A model generated the notes under the pieces. It worked only from the letters and a program-made list of their open reading frames with translations. It was not told where the DNA came from and made no database searches. From Escherichia coli (GTDB lineage: Bacteria > Pseudomonadota > Gammaproteobacteria > Enterobacterales > Enterobacteriaceae): a stretch of 64,000 nt of DNA. Shown one piece after another: positions 22,560-32,117 of this stretch. Each line of letters starts with the position of its first letter. Positions within the stretch are counted from its first letter, which is position 1. The position numbers were made by a program, and so were the translations under genes. The stretch lies in the NCBI RefSeq assembly GCF_022846255.1, contig NZ_AP025682.1; one strand, written 5' to 3'.

Positions 22560-22927
22560 CGTAAAATATCCTCTATACTGGTAAGTCCTTCATTATTTAG
22601 CCAGATCATGGCGTCATCCGGCAACTTGCTGTCTGGTTTGGCGTTTTTGAGAGAGGAACTCAGTCGCTTAATCCACATTGTCACCTCAGTAATGCGCCTG
22701 TCTTTGCCTTCCAGCTCAACACGCAGCTTCCCTACTGTTAGCGCAATATCCTCGTTCTCCTGGTCGCGGCGTTTGATGTATTGCTGGTTTCTTTCCCGTT
22801 CATCCAGCAGTTCCAGCACAATCGATGGTGTTATCAATTTATGGAAAAGGTCTGCGTCAAATCCCCAGTCGTCATGCATTGCCTGCTCTGCCGCTTCACG
22901 CAGTGCCTGAGAGTTAATTTCGCTCAC
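22556..22927 (-). CDS. Ead/Ea22-like protein
   Basis: 123 aa with N-terminus MSEINSQALREAAEQAMHDDWGFDADLFH typical of Ea22-like proteins. Confidence 0.6.
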   Translation of the reverse strand: MSEINSQALREAAEQAMHDDWGFDADLFHKLITPSIVLELLDERERNQQYIKRRDQENEDIALTVGKLRVELEGKDRRITEVTMWIKRLSSSLKNAKPDSKLPDDAMIWLNNEGLTSIEDILR

Positions 22928-23145
22928 TTCGAACCTCTCTGTTTACTGATAAGCTCCAGATCTTCCTGGCAACTTGCACAAGTCCGACAACCCTGAACGG
23001 CCAGGCGTCTTCGCTCATCTATGGGATCGCCACACTCACAACAATGAGTGGCAGATACAGCCTGGTGGTTCAGACGACGCATTTTTATTGCTGTATTGCG
23101 CTGTAATTCTTCGATTTCTGATGCTGAATCAATGATGTCTGCCAT
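22924..23145 (-). CDS. TraR/DksA-family C4 zinc-finger protein
   Basis: 73 aa with CxxC...CxxC motif. Confidence 0.7.
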   Translation of the reverse strand: MADIIDSASEIEELQRNTAIKMRRLNHQAVSATHCCECGDPIDERRRLAVQGCRTCASCQEDLELISKQRGSK

Positions 23146-23243
23146 CTTCCATTAATCCCTGAATTGTTGGTTAATACGCTTGAGGGTGAATGCGAACAAT
23201 AAAAAAGGAGCCTGTAGCTCCCTGATGATTTTGCTTTTCATGT

Positions 23244-23459
23244 TCACCGTTCCTTAAAGACGCCATTTAACATGCCGATCGCCAGGCTTAAATGAGTCGG
23301 TGTGAATCCCATCAGCGTTACCGTTTCGCGGTGCTTCTTCAGTACGCTACGGCAAATGTCATCGACGTTTTTATCCGGAAACTGCTGTCTGGCATTTTTG
23401 ATTTCAGAATTAGCCTGACGGGCAATGCTGCGAAGGGCGTTTTCTTGCTGAGGTGTCAT
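23244..23459 (-). CDS. lambda orf61-like hypothetical protein
   Basis: 71 aa from MTPQQENALRS; position after exo as in lambda. Confidence 0.5.
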   Translation of the reverse strand: MTPQQENALRSIARQANSEIKNARQQFPDKNVDDICRSVLKKHRETVTLMGFTPTHLSLAIGMLNGVFKER

Positions 23460-23535
23460 TGAACAAGTCCCATGTCGGCAAGCATAAGCACACAGAATTT
23501 GAAGCCCGCTGCCAGAAAAATGCATTCAGTGGTTG

Positions 23536-23727
23536 TCATACCTGGTCTCTCTCATCTGCTTCTGCTTTCGCCACCATCATTTCCAGCTTTTGTGAAAGGG
23601 ATGTGGCTAACGTATGAAATTCTTCGTCTGTTTCTACTGGTATTGGCACAAACCTGACTCCAATTTGAGCAAGGCTATGTGCCATCTCAATACTCGTTCT
23701 TAACTTAACAGGAGATGCTTTGTGCAT
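23536..23727 (-). CDS. lambda orf63-like hypothetical protein
   Basis: 63 aa, close to lambda orf63 as recalled. Confidence 0.55.
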   Translation of the reverse strand: MHKASPVKLRTSIEMAHSLAQIGVRFVPIPVETDEEFHTLATSLSQKLEMMVAKAEADERDQV

Positions 23728-23888
23728 ATCGCCTCCCGTTTATTATTTATCTCCTCAGCCAGCCGCTGGGCTTTCAGTGGATTTTGGATAACAGAAAGGC
23801 CGGGAAATACCCAGCCTCGCTTTGTAACGGAGTAGACGAAAGTGATCGCACCTACCCGGATATTATCGTGAGGATGCGTCATCGCCAT
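23700..23888 (-). CDS. lambda orf60a-like hypothetical protein
   Basis: 62 aa; overlaps exo stop as in lambda. Confidence 0.5.
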   Translation of the reverse strand: MAMTHPHDNIRVGAITFVYSVTKRGWVFPGLSVIQNPLKAQRLAEEINNKREAICTKHLLLS

Positions 23889-24559
23889 TGCTCCCCAAAT
23901 ACAAAACCAATTTCAGCCAGTGCCTCGTCCATTTTTTCGATGAACTCCGGCACCATCTCGTCAAAACTCGCCATGTACTTTTCATCCTGCTCAATCACGA
24001 CATAATGCAGGCCTTCACGCTTCATCCGCGGGTCATAGTTAGCAAAGTACCAGGCATCTTTTCGTGTCACCCACATGCTGTACTGCACCTGGGCCATGTA
24101 AGCCGACTTTATGGCCTCGAAACCACCGAGCCGGAATTTCATGAAATCCCGGGAGGTAAACGGGCATTTCAGTTCAAGGCCGTTGCCGTCACTGCATAAA
24201 CCATCGGGAGAGCAGGCGGTGCGCATACTTTCGTCGCGATAGATGATCGGGGATTCATTAACATTCACGCCGGAAGTGAACTCAAAGAGGGCTCTGGCGT
24301 CGTTCTCGTACTGTTTTCCCCAGGCCAGCGCCTTAGCGTTAACTTCCGGAGCCACACCGGTGCAAACCTCGGCAAGCAGGGTGTGGAAGTAGGACATTTT
24401 CATGTCAGGCCATTTCTTTCCGGAGCGGGGTTTTGCTATCACATTGTGAACTTCTGAAGCGGTGATGATGCCGAGCCGTAATTTGTGCCATGCATCATCC
24501 CCCTGTTCGACAGCTCTCACGTCGATCCCGGTACGCTGCAGGATAATGTCCGGTGTCAT
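23879..24559 (-). CDS. exo: lambda exonuclease (Red alpha)
   Basis: 226 aa, near-identical to lambda Exo as recalled. Confidence 0.97.
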   Translation of the reverse strand: MTPDIILQRTGIDVRAVEQGDDAWHKLRLGIITASEVHNVIAKPRSGKKWPDMKMSYFHTLLAEVCTGVAPEVNAKALAWGKQYENDARALFEFTSGVNVNESPIIYRDESMRTACSPDGLCSDGNGLELKCPFTSRDFMKFRLGGFEAIKSAYMAQVQYSMWVTRKDAWYFANYDPRMKREGLHYVVIEQDEKYMASFDEMVPEFIEKMDEALAEIGFVFGEQWR

Positions 24560-25341
24560 GCTGCCACCTTCTGCTCAGTGGCTTTCTGTTTCAGGAATCC
24601 AAGAGCTTTCACTGCTTCGGCCTGTGTCAGTTCTGACGATGCGCGAATGTCGCGGCGAAATATCTGGGAACAGAGCGGCAATAAGTCGTCATCCCATGTT
24701 TTATCCAGGGCAATCAGCAGAGTGTTAATCTCCTGCATGGTTTCATCGTTAACCGGAGTGATGTCGCGTTCCGGCTGACGTTCTGCAGTGTATGCGGTAT
24801 TTTCGACAATGCGCTCGGCTTCATCCTTGTCATAGATACCAGCAAATCCGAAGGCCAGACGGGCACACTGAATCATGGCTTTATGCCGTAACATCCGTTT
24901 GGGATGCGACTGCCACGGTCCGGTGATTTCTCTGCCTTCGCGGGTTTTGAATGGTTCGCGGCGGCATTCATCCATCCACTCGGTAACGCAGATAGGATGA
25001 TTGCGGTCTTTGCGGTAAATCCGGCATGTGCAGGATTCGTTGTCCTGTTCAAAGTCCATGCCGTCAAACTGCTGGTTTTCGTTGATGATGCGGGACCAGC
25101 CATCAACGCCCACCACCGGAACGATGCCGTTCTGCTTATCAGGGAAGGCGTAAATTTCTTTCGTCCACGGATTAAGGCCGTATTGGTTGGCGACGATCAG
25201 CAATGCGATGAACTGCGCATCGCTGGCATCGCCTTTAAATGCTGTCTGGCGAAGAGTGGTGATCAGTTCCTGTGGGTCGACAGAATCCATGCCGACACGT
25301 TCAGCCAGCTTCCCAGCCAGCGTTGCGAGTGCTGTACTCAT
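24556..25341 (-). CDS. bet: recombinase Bet (Red beta)
   Basis: 261 aa, near-identical to lambda Bet as recalled. Confidence 0.97.
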   Translation of the reverse strand: MSTALATLAGKLAERVGMDSVDPQELITTLRQTAFKGDASDAQFIALLIVANQYGLNPWTKEIYAFPDKQNGIVPVVGVDGWSRIINENQQFDGMDFEQDNESCTCRIYRKDRNHPICVTEWMDECRREPFKTREGREITGPWQSHPKRMLRHKAMIQCARLAFGFAGIYDKDEAERIVENTAYTAERQPERDITPVNDETMQEINTLLIALDKTWDDDLLPLCSQIFRRDIRASSELTQAEAVKALGFLKQKATEQKVAA

Positions 25342-25346
25342 CCGTT

Positions 25347-25643
25347 TTATACCTCTAAATCAATATCAACCTGGTGGTGAGCAATGGTTTCAACCATGTA
25401 CCGGATGTGTTCTGCCATGCGCTCCTGAAACTCAACATCGTCATCAAACGCACGGGTAATGGCTTTTTTGCTGGCCCCGTGACGTTGCAAATGATCGATG
25501 CAGAGCGATTCAAACAAATGCTGGGGCAGACCCTTTTCCAGGTCGTCTGCCAGTTCTGCCTCTTTCTCTTCACAGGCGATCTGCTGGTAGTGACGCGCCC
25601 AGCTCTGAGCCTCAAGACGATCCTGAATGTAATAAGCGTTCAT
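25347..25643 (-). CDS. gam: RecBCD inhibitor Gam, short form only
   Basis: 98 aa from [21 protein letters not shown], preceded by AGGAG; the long-form N-terminal extension is not in frame. Confidence 0.9.
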   Translation of the reverse strand: MNAYYIQDRLEAQSWARHYQQIACEEKEAELADDLEKGLPQHLFESLCIDHLQRHGASKKAITRAFDDDVEFQERMAEHIRYMVETIAHHQVDIDLEV

Positions 25644-25718
25644 GGCTGAACTCCTGAAAATGGCTGTGAAAATATCGCCCGCGAAATGCCAGGCTGATTA
25701 GGAAAACAGGAAAGGGGA

Positions 25719-26009
25719 TTAGTGATTCAGGCCGTTACCGCGTCCGTCGAGAAAAACTTCCACGAGCAAATCACGGGTATAAGTGCGCTCGATGCCGCGA
25801 TGCAGATATAGCCGTCCGCGTAAATTAGCTGATGCAGTCCAGGTACCATCTTTGTGTTTGACCAGCATTCCTGGCATGACCGCACCGCGATTAACGGTCT
25901 GCGTTCCGTAATGTTGATGAACCATAAAAACTCCTGCCCGTAAGCTGGGCTGCTGAACATATAGAGACTTCTGCGCGTATTCAGGCGGTGGATGGCCGCC
26001 GGTTGTCAT
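25719..26009 (-). CDS. hypothetical protein at the start of the early-left operon
   Basis: 96-aa ORF (68 aa from the internal Met with AGGAG RBS); no Arg-rich N-like motif. Confidence 0.35.
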   Translation of the reverse strand: MTTGGHPPPEYAQKSLYVQQPSLRAGVFMVHQHYGTQTVNRGAVMPGMLVKHKDGTWTASANLRGRLYLHRGIERTYTRDLLVEVFLDGRGNGLNH

Positions 26010-26209
26010 AACTAAGCCGCCTCGTTGAAGCGACTAAGGTATGAAATGTTGAGTTGATTTCAGCTGGTCACACCGACGTTCACGCGTCCGTTTCACCCCT
26101 CGCACTCCCCGAAGCCTGCTGAAATTCAAACTGCGGATCTAAGCGGTCATCGCAACGGTGAATCAGGTGGTTGCCGTATCGTTGTGTTGTTGCGATGAAC
26201 TTATTTAAA

Positions 26210-26280
26210 ACTATAGTTGTTTTATCGTCAACAACAAAAGTTGTTTTATTGGTTGTTTTAGATATAACTGGTTGTATTTA
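26210..26280. promoter_or_regulatory. putative OL operator/promoter cluster
   Basis: repeated GTTGTTTTA / GGTTGT half-sites and the dyad AACAAC-AAAA-GTTGTT, sharing the half-site of the cI-cro palindrome. Confidence 0.4.
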
Positions 26281-26520
26281 GGATGGATTTATTTTGTGAC
26301 TTGAATCGCATAGCGATAACTGAAGCGAGGTTATGGTGGTTTTTTTAACGGTGTGTGTGATGAGGGGAGGGCAAAAGAAAACCCGGCACGGTGACCGGGA
26401 TTCTTACGCCGTTAGGTAAAGATATTATTGCGGTGGCTTAATATTACTACCTAGAGCAAAGATAGGAATTAGTTCTTTACTGAATGAGCACAATGCCCAG
26501 TTGATAATTTTTAATTGGTA

Positions 26521-27210
26521 CTACCCATGCTTCCTATATGTCTGCGGCATGCTCCCAATAACCTTACCGAAGATGAACACCCGGTTCATCTCGTCTTTCT
26601 CGATCGGGTCCCACGGTGAGTAGCTTTTGTTATCAGAGATGACCAGCAGCTTATCCTTCATCATTTGCAGGCGCTTTACATGGGCTGTGTCGTCGTACAG
26701 AAACGCATAGATACCATCACCGTCGAAAGATTTAACTGTGATATCAACGAACAGCAGATCACCTGGTTCGATCGTTCCTGACATGCTGTCACCACGCACG
26801 TTAATGATGCGGATATTTTCCGCCTTCCTACCATCGAACATGTGACGAGCATCGTCAAACGAGTACTCAACCGAGCGTAGAACTTCTACAAACTCACGGT
26901 TGATGACTCCCGGCCCAGCACTGACTTCTATATCAAGAACGTCAATCTTAAAGTATTTGGAATGGCTGACAGTTGATAGTATTGGTTGCACTGTACTGTC
27001 TGACATATTTCCAACGCCAGAAGATAACCATTCTGCGCGCACACCCAAAGCGTTCGCGATCTCCACGATTTTAGTTGTTTGATTAGCTTTCCCTGTTTCG
27101 ATTTTCTGAATAGCAGCCTGGCTAACCCCGACCAAATCCCCAAGCGCCTTTTGTGTAAGGCCTCGCGCTAATCTGGCTTCTTTAAGTCTTTCTGAGAGTG
27201 TTGTTTTCAT
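26521..27210 (-). CDS. CI-like prophage repressor (HTH_XRE plus S24 LexA-like peptidase)
   Basis: 229 aa from MKTTLSERLKEARL; C-terminal domain with GDSM motif; divergent from cro-like gene. Confidence 0.85.
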   Translation of the reverse strand: MKTTLSERLKEARLARGLTQKALGDLVGVSQAAIQKIETGKANQTTKIVEIANALGVRAEWLSSGVGNMSDSTVQPILSTVSHSKYFKIDVLDIEVSAGPGVINREFVEVLRSVEYSFDDARHMFDGRKAENIRIINVRGDSMSGTIEPGDLLFVDITVKSFDGDGIYAFLYDDTAHVKRLQMMKDKLLVISDNKSYSPWDPIEKDEMNRVFIFGKVIGSMPQTYRKHG

Positions 27211-27251
27211 AGTCCAAATGTACAACCAAGGTTTTATTCCATCAAACGAAA

Positions 27252-27277
27252 ATGGTTGTTGACTAAAAAACAACCAT
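27252..27277. promoter_or_regulatory. OR-like operator palindrome overlapping putative PR -35 TTGACT
   Basis: perfect inverted repeat ATGGTTGTT-N8-AACAACCAT between the divergent cI-like and cro-like genes. Confidence 0.5.
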
Positions 27278-27315
27278 AGTTTTAATCTTGATTCAAATTA
27301 ACCACGGAGGTTGTT

Positions 27316-27546
27316 ATGAACCCAGCTATCAAAACAGCGATCAATATCGTTGGTTCACAAAAGAAACTGGGCGCTGCTTGCGAAGTTTCACAGCAGGCCG
27401 TCTATAAGTGGCTTCACAACAAAGCAAAGGTATCCCCTGAACATGTCGGCAGCATTGTTACGGCTACTGGTGGAGTAGTGAAGGCATACCAGATTCGCCC
27501 GGATCTTCCGAAGTTGTTTCCACACACCGAAAAGAACGCAGCTTAA
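27316..27546 (+). CDS. Cro-like repressor
   Basis: 76 aa with HTH (QKKLGAACEVSQQAVYKW); GGAGG RBS. Confidence 0.7.
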   Translation: MNPAIKTAINIVGSQKKLGAACEVSQQAVYKWLHNKAKVSPEHVGSIVTATGGVVKAYQIRPDLPKLFPHTEKNAA

Positions 27547-27615
27547 ATTTCCATTTCACGCTCTTTAACAATAAGCAATCAACTTAACAGTCAATTCAAA
27601 CTAAAGGAGTCAATT

Positions 27616-28155
27616 ATGCAACCACTTACATACCAACAGACTAGCGGATTTAGCCCGACTGCGGTGATAAATCGTTCTCAAACAAAACAGGCGCCAGGCC
27701 ACGAAAAAATCCGTGATGCCGTTCGCGCCTGGTCGGCTGCAGATAATCAGGATGTTGTTGCCGCACTCATTGTGAATGAGTATCGGGAGCAGGGCGGCGG
27801 CACCATCGATTTCCCTGATGATGTCAGCCGTGCACGCCAGAAGCTGTTCCGCTTCCTCGATAACAAATTCGATTCTGAAAAATACCGAAATAACGTGCGT
27901 GAACTGACCCCGGCAATTCTGGCGGTACTACCGCTGGAATATCGCGGCCACCTGGTTGAGCAGGATAGCTTCATGGCTCGGTTGGCTGAAATGGATAAGG
28001 AACTCAGTGAGGCAAAGCAGGCGGTCATTCTCAACGCACCACGCCACCAGAAACTGAAGGAAATGAGTGAAGGTATTGTGTCGATGTTTCGTGTGGACCC
28101 GGATCTGGCTGGTCCATTAATGGCGATGGTTACCACCATGCTGGGGGCAATATGA
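27616..28155 (+). CDS. YdaT-like (CII-position) regulatory protein
   Basis: 179 aa; assignment mainly from the racR-ydaS-ydaT-like gene order. Confidence 0.4.
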   Translation: MQPLTYQQTSGFSPTAVINRSQTKQAPGHEKIRDAVRAWSAADNQDVVAALIVNEYREQGGGTIDFPDDVSRARQKLFRFLDNKFDSEKYRNNVRELTPAILAVLPLEYRGHLVEQDSFMARLAEMDKELSEAKQAVILNAPRHQKLKEMSEGIVSMFRVDPDLAGPLMAMVTTMLGAI

Positions 28156-28241
28156 CAGGTTCAGAAATGGCGAAAGCCGGTCTGCGGGAACAGAGCCGAC
28201 TTTCAGGTGCAAATCGTAACGCACTCATTGCGGAAGGAATT

Positions 28242-29171
28242 ATGGCAAACACTGCTGAGATATTCAATTTTCCAGTGCCGGATGAGGCACAAAAGGAGCC
28301 GCGCGTGGCAGATCTCGATGATGGTTATACGCGCATTGCAAATGAGTTGCTGGAAGCTGTGATGCTGGCCGGATTAACACAGCACCAGCTTCTGGTCTTC
28401 CTGGCTGTCATGCGCAAAACATATGGCTTTAATAAAAAACTGGATTGGGTGAGCAACGAGCAACTGTCCGAATTGACCGGGATATTGCCGCACAAGTGTT
28501 CTGCTGCAAAAAGTGTTCTGGTAAAGCGTGGGATTTTGATTCAGAGCGGGCGGAATATCGGTATTAATAATGTGGTCAGTGAATGGGCAACATTACCCGA
28601 ATCAGGTAAGAAAAATAAAGTTTACCTGAAAGAGGTAAATTTACCTGAATCAGGTAAGAAAAGTTTACCCAAATCAGGTAAAGGCGTTTACCCGAATCAG
28701 GTAAACACAAAAGACAAACTAACAAAAGACAATATAAAACCTTTTTCGTCAGAGAATTCTGGCGAATCCTCTGACCAACCAGAAAACGATCTTCCTGTGG
28801 TGAAACCAGATGCTGCAATTCAGAGCGGCAGCAAGTGGGGGACAGCAGAAGACCTGACCGCCGCAGAGTGGATGTTTGACATGGTGAAGACCATCGCGCC
28901 ATCAGCCAGAAAACCGAATTTTGCAGGGTGGGCTAACGATATCCGCCTGATGCGTGAACGTGACGGACGTAACCACCGCGACATGTGCGTGCTGTTCCGC
29001 TGGGCATGCCAGGACAACTTCTGGTCCGGTAACGTGCTGAGTCCGGCCAAACTCCGCGACAAGTGGACCCAGCTCGAAATCAACCGAAACAAGCAACAGG
29101 CTGGCGTGACAGCCGGCAAACCAAAACTCGACCTGACGAACACTGACTGGATTTACGGGGTGGATTTATGA
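28242..29171 (+). CDS. O: replication initiator O
   Basis: lambda O-like N-terminus (VADLDDGY) and C-terminus (DLTNTDWIYGVDL); iterons inside the gene. Confidence 0.9.
   Translation: MANTAEIFNFPVPDEAQKEPRVADLDDGYTRIANELLEAVMLAGLTQHQLLVFLAVMRKTYGFNKKLDWVSNEQLSELTGILPHKCSAAKSVLVKRGILIQSGRNIGINNVVSEWATLPESGKKNKVYLKEVNLPESGKKSLPKSGKGVYPNQVNTKDKLTKDNIKPFSSENSGESSDQPENDLPVVKPDAAIQSGSKWGTAEDLTAAEWMFDMVKTIAPSARKPNFAGWANDIRLMRERDGRNHRDMCVLFRWACQDNFWSGNVLSPAKLRDKWTQLEINRNKQQAGVTAGKPKLDLTNTDWIYGVDL
28592..28745. repeat. replication origin: five 19-bp iterons plus AT-rich tract
   Basis: TTTACC-N7-GGTAAA units at 28592, 28621, 28640, 28664 and 28687, followed by an A-rich tract. Confidence 0.7.
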
Positions 29172-29869
29172 AAAACATCGCCGCACAGATGGTTAACTTT
29201 GACCGTGAGCAGATGCGCCGGATCGCCAACAATATGCCGGAACAGTACGACGAAAAGCCGCACGTACAGCAGGTAGCGCAGATCATCAATGGTGTGTTCA
29301 GCCAGTTACTGGCAACTTTCCCTGCGAGCCTGGCTAACCGGGATCAGAACGAACTGAACGAAATCCGCCGCCAGTGGGTTCTGGCTTTCCGGGAAAACGG
29401 GATCACCACAATGGAACAGGTTAACGCAGGAATGCGCGTAGCCCGTCGGCAGAATCGACCATTCCTGCCATCACCCGGGCAGTTTGTTGCCTGGTGCCGG
29501 GAAGAAACATCCGTTACCGCCGGGCTGCCAAACGCCAGCGAGCTGGTTGATATGGTTTACGAGTATTGCCGGAAGCGTGGCCTGTATCCGGACGCAGAGT
29601 CTTATCCATGGAAATCAAACGCGCACTACTGGCTGGTTACCAACCTGTACCAGAACATGCGGGCCAATGCGCTGACTGACGCGGAATTACGGCGTAAAGC
29701 TGCCGATGAGCTGACCTGTATGACCGCGCGAATTAACCGTGGTGAGGCGATACCTGAACCAGTAAAACAACTTCCTGTCATGGGCGGTAGACCTCTAAAT
29801 CGTGCACAGGCTCTGGCGAAGATCGCAGAAATCAAAGCTAAGTTTGGGCTGAAAGGAGCAAGGGTATGA
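29168..29869 (+). CDS. P: replication protein P (DnaB loader)
   Basis: 233 aa, near-identical to lambda P as recalled. Confidence 0.95.
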   Translation: MKNIAAQMVNFDREQMRRIANNMPEQYDEKPHVQQVAQIINGVFSQLLATFPASLANRDQNELNEIRRQWVLAFRENGITTMEQVNAGMRVARRQNRPFLPSPGQFVAWCREETSVTAGLPNASELVDMVYEYCRKRGLYPDAESYPWKSNAHYWLVTNLYQNMRANALTDAELRRKAADELTCMTARINRGEAIPEPVKQLPVMGGRPLNRAQALAKIAEIKAKFGLKGARV

Positions 29870-30168
29870 CGGGCAAAGAGGCAATTATTCATTACCTGGG
29901 GACTCATAAGAACTTCTGTGCGCAGGACGTTGCCGTGGTAACAGGCGCAACCGTAACCAGCATAAATCAGGCTGCGGCTAAAATGGCACGGGCAGGTCTT
30001 CTGGTTATCGAAGGTAAGGTCTGGCGAACGGTGTATTACCGGTTTGCTACCAGGGAAGAACGGGAAGGAAAGATGAGCACGAACCTGATTTTTAAGGAGT
30101 GTCGCCAGAGTGCCGCGATGAAACGGGTATTGAGGGTATATAAAAGAACATCAATGGGTACACAATGA
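29866..30168 (+). CDS. ren: Ren
   Basis: 100 aa, close to lambda Ren as recalled. Confidence 0.85.
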   Translation: MTGKEAIIHYLGTHKNFCAQDVAVVTGATVTSINQAAAKMARAGLLVIEGKVWRTVYYRFATREEREGKMSTNLIFKECRQSAAMKRVLRVYKRTSMGTQ

Positions 30169-30235
30169 TGAAACAGATGAGTTGAGTTCAAACTGTAGTA
30201 CAATTCTCTCCAGTTTGAACAGGAAAGAATATGCT

Positions 30236-30568
30236 ATGAATCCTTATATTTATCTTGGTGGTGCAATACTTGCAGAGGTCATTGGTACAACCTTAATGAA
30301 GTTTTCAGAAGGTTTTACACGGTTATGGCCATCTGTTGGTACAATTATTTGTTATTGTGCATCATTCTGGTTATTAGCTCAGACGCTGGCTTATATTCCT
30401 ACAGGGATTGCTTATGCTATCTGGTCAGGAGTCGGTATTGTCCTGATTAGCTTACTATCATGGGGATTTTTCGGCCAACGGCTGGACCTGCCAGCTATTA
30501 TAGGCATGATGTTGATTTGTGCCGGTGTGTTGGTTATTAATTTATTTTCACGAAGCACACCACATTAA
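30236..30568 (+). CDS. emrE: SMR-family multidrug efflux protein EmrE
   Basis: 110 aa from MNPYIYLGGAILAEVIGTTLMK, 4 TM; matches K-12 DLP12 EmrE as recalled. Confidence 0.9.
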   Translation: MNPYIYLGGAILAEVIGTTLMKFSEGFTRLWPSVGTIICYCASFWLLAQTLAYIPTGIAYAIWSGVGIVLISLLSWGFFGQRLDLPAIIGMMLICAGVLVINLFSRSTPH

Positions 30569-30626
30569 AAATAATTTCTTTTGAATCGAGTGAAATAGGT
30601 TAGCCCGCATAAGTGCGGGCTGCTTT

Positions 30627-31670
30627 TTACAGGTCAGCGTTTGTTTTTTGTTGTTGGGTAGCGGTTTTTATGGGGGTTCCCAGGTTTTTAGTAAACCACT
30701 CAACAACTCTGTTTATAATAATTGGCTGATACCATGTATTATCTCCATGCTCAGCCCCTTCTACCAGAACGTACTCAGCGTTATCGCCGTTCTTCTTCAA
30801 CATCCTGAATAGTTTGGCGCTTTGCTCAGGTGAAACCAGAGTGTCTTTGCTACCATGCATAATAAGAAATGGGGGGTTTACTCCTTTCATATGTCCGATT
30901 GGACTGGCGTTTAGCGCTTTTTCTTTTGACGCTGTTATGGGGGCTCCCGCAAAACTTCTGAATGCAGGGCCATTGATCATTAAGGCTTCGGTTACGGCAG
31001 GAGATCGATGAACCTCCTGCACAGATTCAGGGAACCCCTCGCCAATATTCAACAAGTCAGAAATCCCATAAAGTGTGGCAACTGCCTGAACATCTGCTGA
31101 TTGCTGAAGAAAGTCACCTTTATCAAAGGTTTTGTCACCATTTGTAGTTCCCATCATCTGGGCAAGCCATCCACCGGCAGAGTCACCCAGAACTCCGATT
31201 CTTTGAGGATCAATCCCATAATCGCTGGCATGTTCTCTCAAGTAACGTATTGCAGCTTTCCCATCCTCAACTGGTGCTGGAAATGTATCAGGAATTGTTC
31301 TGTATTCTACAGCGGCCACAACAAAACCAGCTTCAGCCAGAGCCATTCTCATTTCAATAAATTTGTCATGTTCAGAAGACATGAATCCGCCGCCGGGATA
31401 ATAAATAATGGCTGGTTTTAAATCATTTGTTCGTGGGACAAGAACTGACATGTGAAGCTGTCTGACAGAACGAGTTCCTTTTATCTGGGAATAAACAACA
31501 TCACCAATGAGATCGACCTGGTTTCTGGTCGGTGAAACACTAATGATATCTGCACCCGGGGTGTAACCAGGAAGATTAGTCTGGACAGGTGTTGCACAAC
31601 TCCCGACCGACATGGCCATTGACATACCATACAATAGTGTTGCAGATGATAATATCTTGTTAATTTTCAT
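30627..31670 (-). CDS. secreted esterase/lipase lipoprotein, HSL-type alpha/beta hydrolase
   Basis: 347 aa; signal peptide with lipobox SVGSC; oxyanion motif YYPGGGF; nucleophile elbow GDSAGG; C-terminal HGSKD and AEHGDN. Confidence 0.75.
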   Translation of the reverse strand: MKINKILSSATLLYGMSMAMSVGSCATPVQTNLPGYTPGADIISVSPTRNQVDLIGDVVYSQIKGTRSVRQLHMSVLVPRTNDLKPAIIYYPGGGFMSSEHDKFIEMRMALAEAGFVVAAVEYRTIPDTFPAPVEDGKAAIRYLREHASDYGIDPQRIGVLGDSAGGWLAQMMGTTNGDKTFDKGDFLQQSADVQAVATLYGISDLLNIGEGFPESVQEVHRSPAVTEALMINGPAFRSFAGAPITASKEKALNASPIGHMKGVNPPFLIMHGSKDTLVSPEQSAKLFRMLKKNGDNAEYVLVEGAEHGDNTWYQPIIINRVVEWFTKNLGTPIKTATQQQKTNADL

Positions 31671-32117
31671 GTTTTACATGCCTTGACTTATCGGATGAAA
31701 TTCTCTTACTGAATTTAACGGCAGTTTAATAGCCGTACAACTCGTGGTAGCTAGGGAAATATCCCAGTCGTGGTTAAGGTTGTACTTGACGGCTATTATT
31801 TCAACAATGCTTAAAGTGAGAGCTTAAGGTTATGCGTATGTTTTACAGTCCGAGTAGATTCTGACCAATAGCTTCTTTGTATGATTCTGTCAGAAATAAA
31901 TCTTGGCTTGCATGAAGTTTGAGACCTTATCTTGTTTGATTATGAATAATCAATTCGCCATAATTGTATCACCGGAGCCTGAACAACTTCGGTGACTTCT
32001 GCGCTAAACGGGGACGTTTATGCGCACATACAATCCAAACTCTCTTCTCCCTTCACAGATGCAGAAATGCACCTGCGATTTTTTGCATCCTGCGTTTGAC
32101 CTCTGCGGAGGTGAAGC

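Noticed and set aside
26521-27273. 250-aa form of the repressor using the upstream ATG at 27273
   Set aside because: That start would place the operator palindrome and promoter elements inside the coding region; the Met at MKTTLSERL fits the usual N-terminal HTH and a leaderless transcript.
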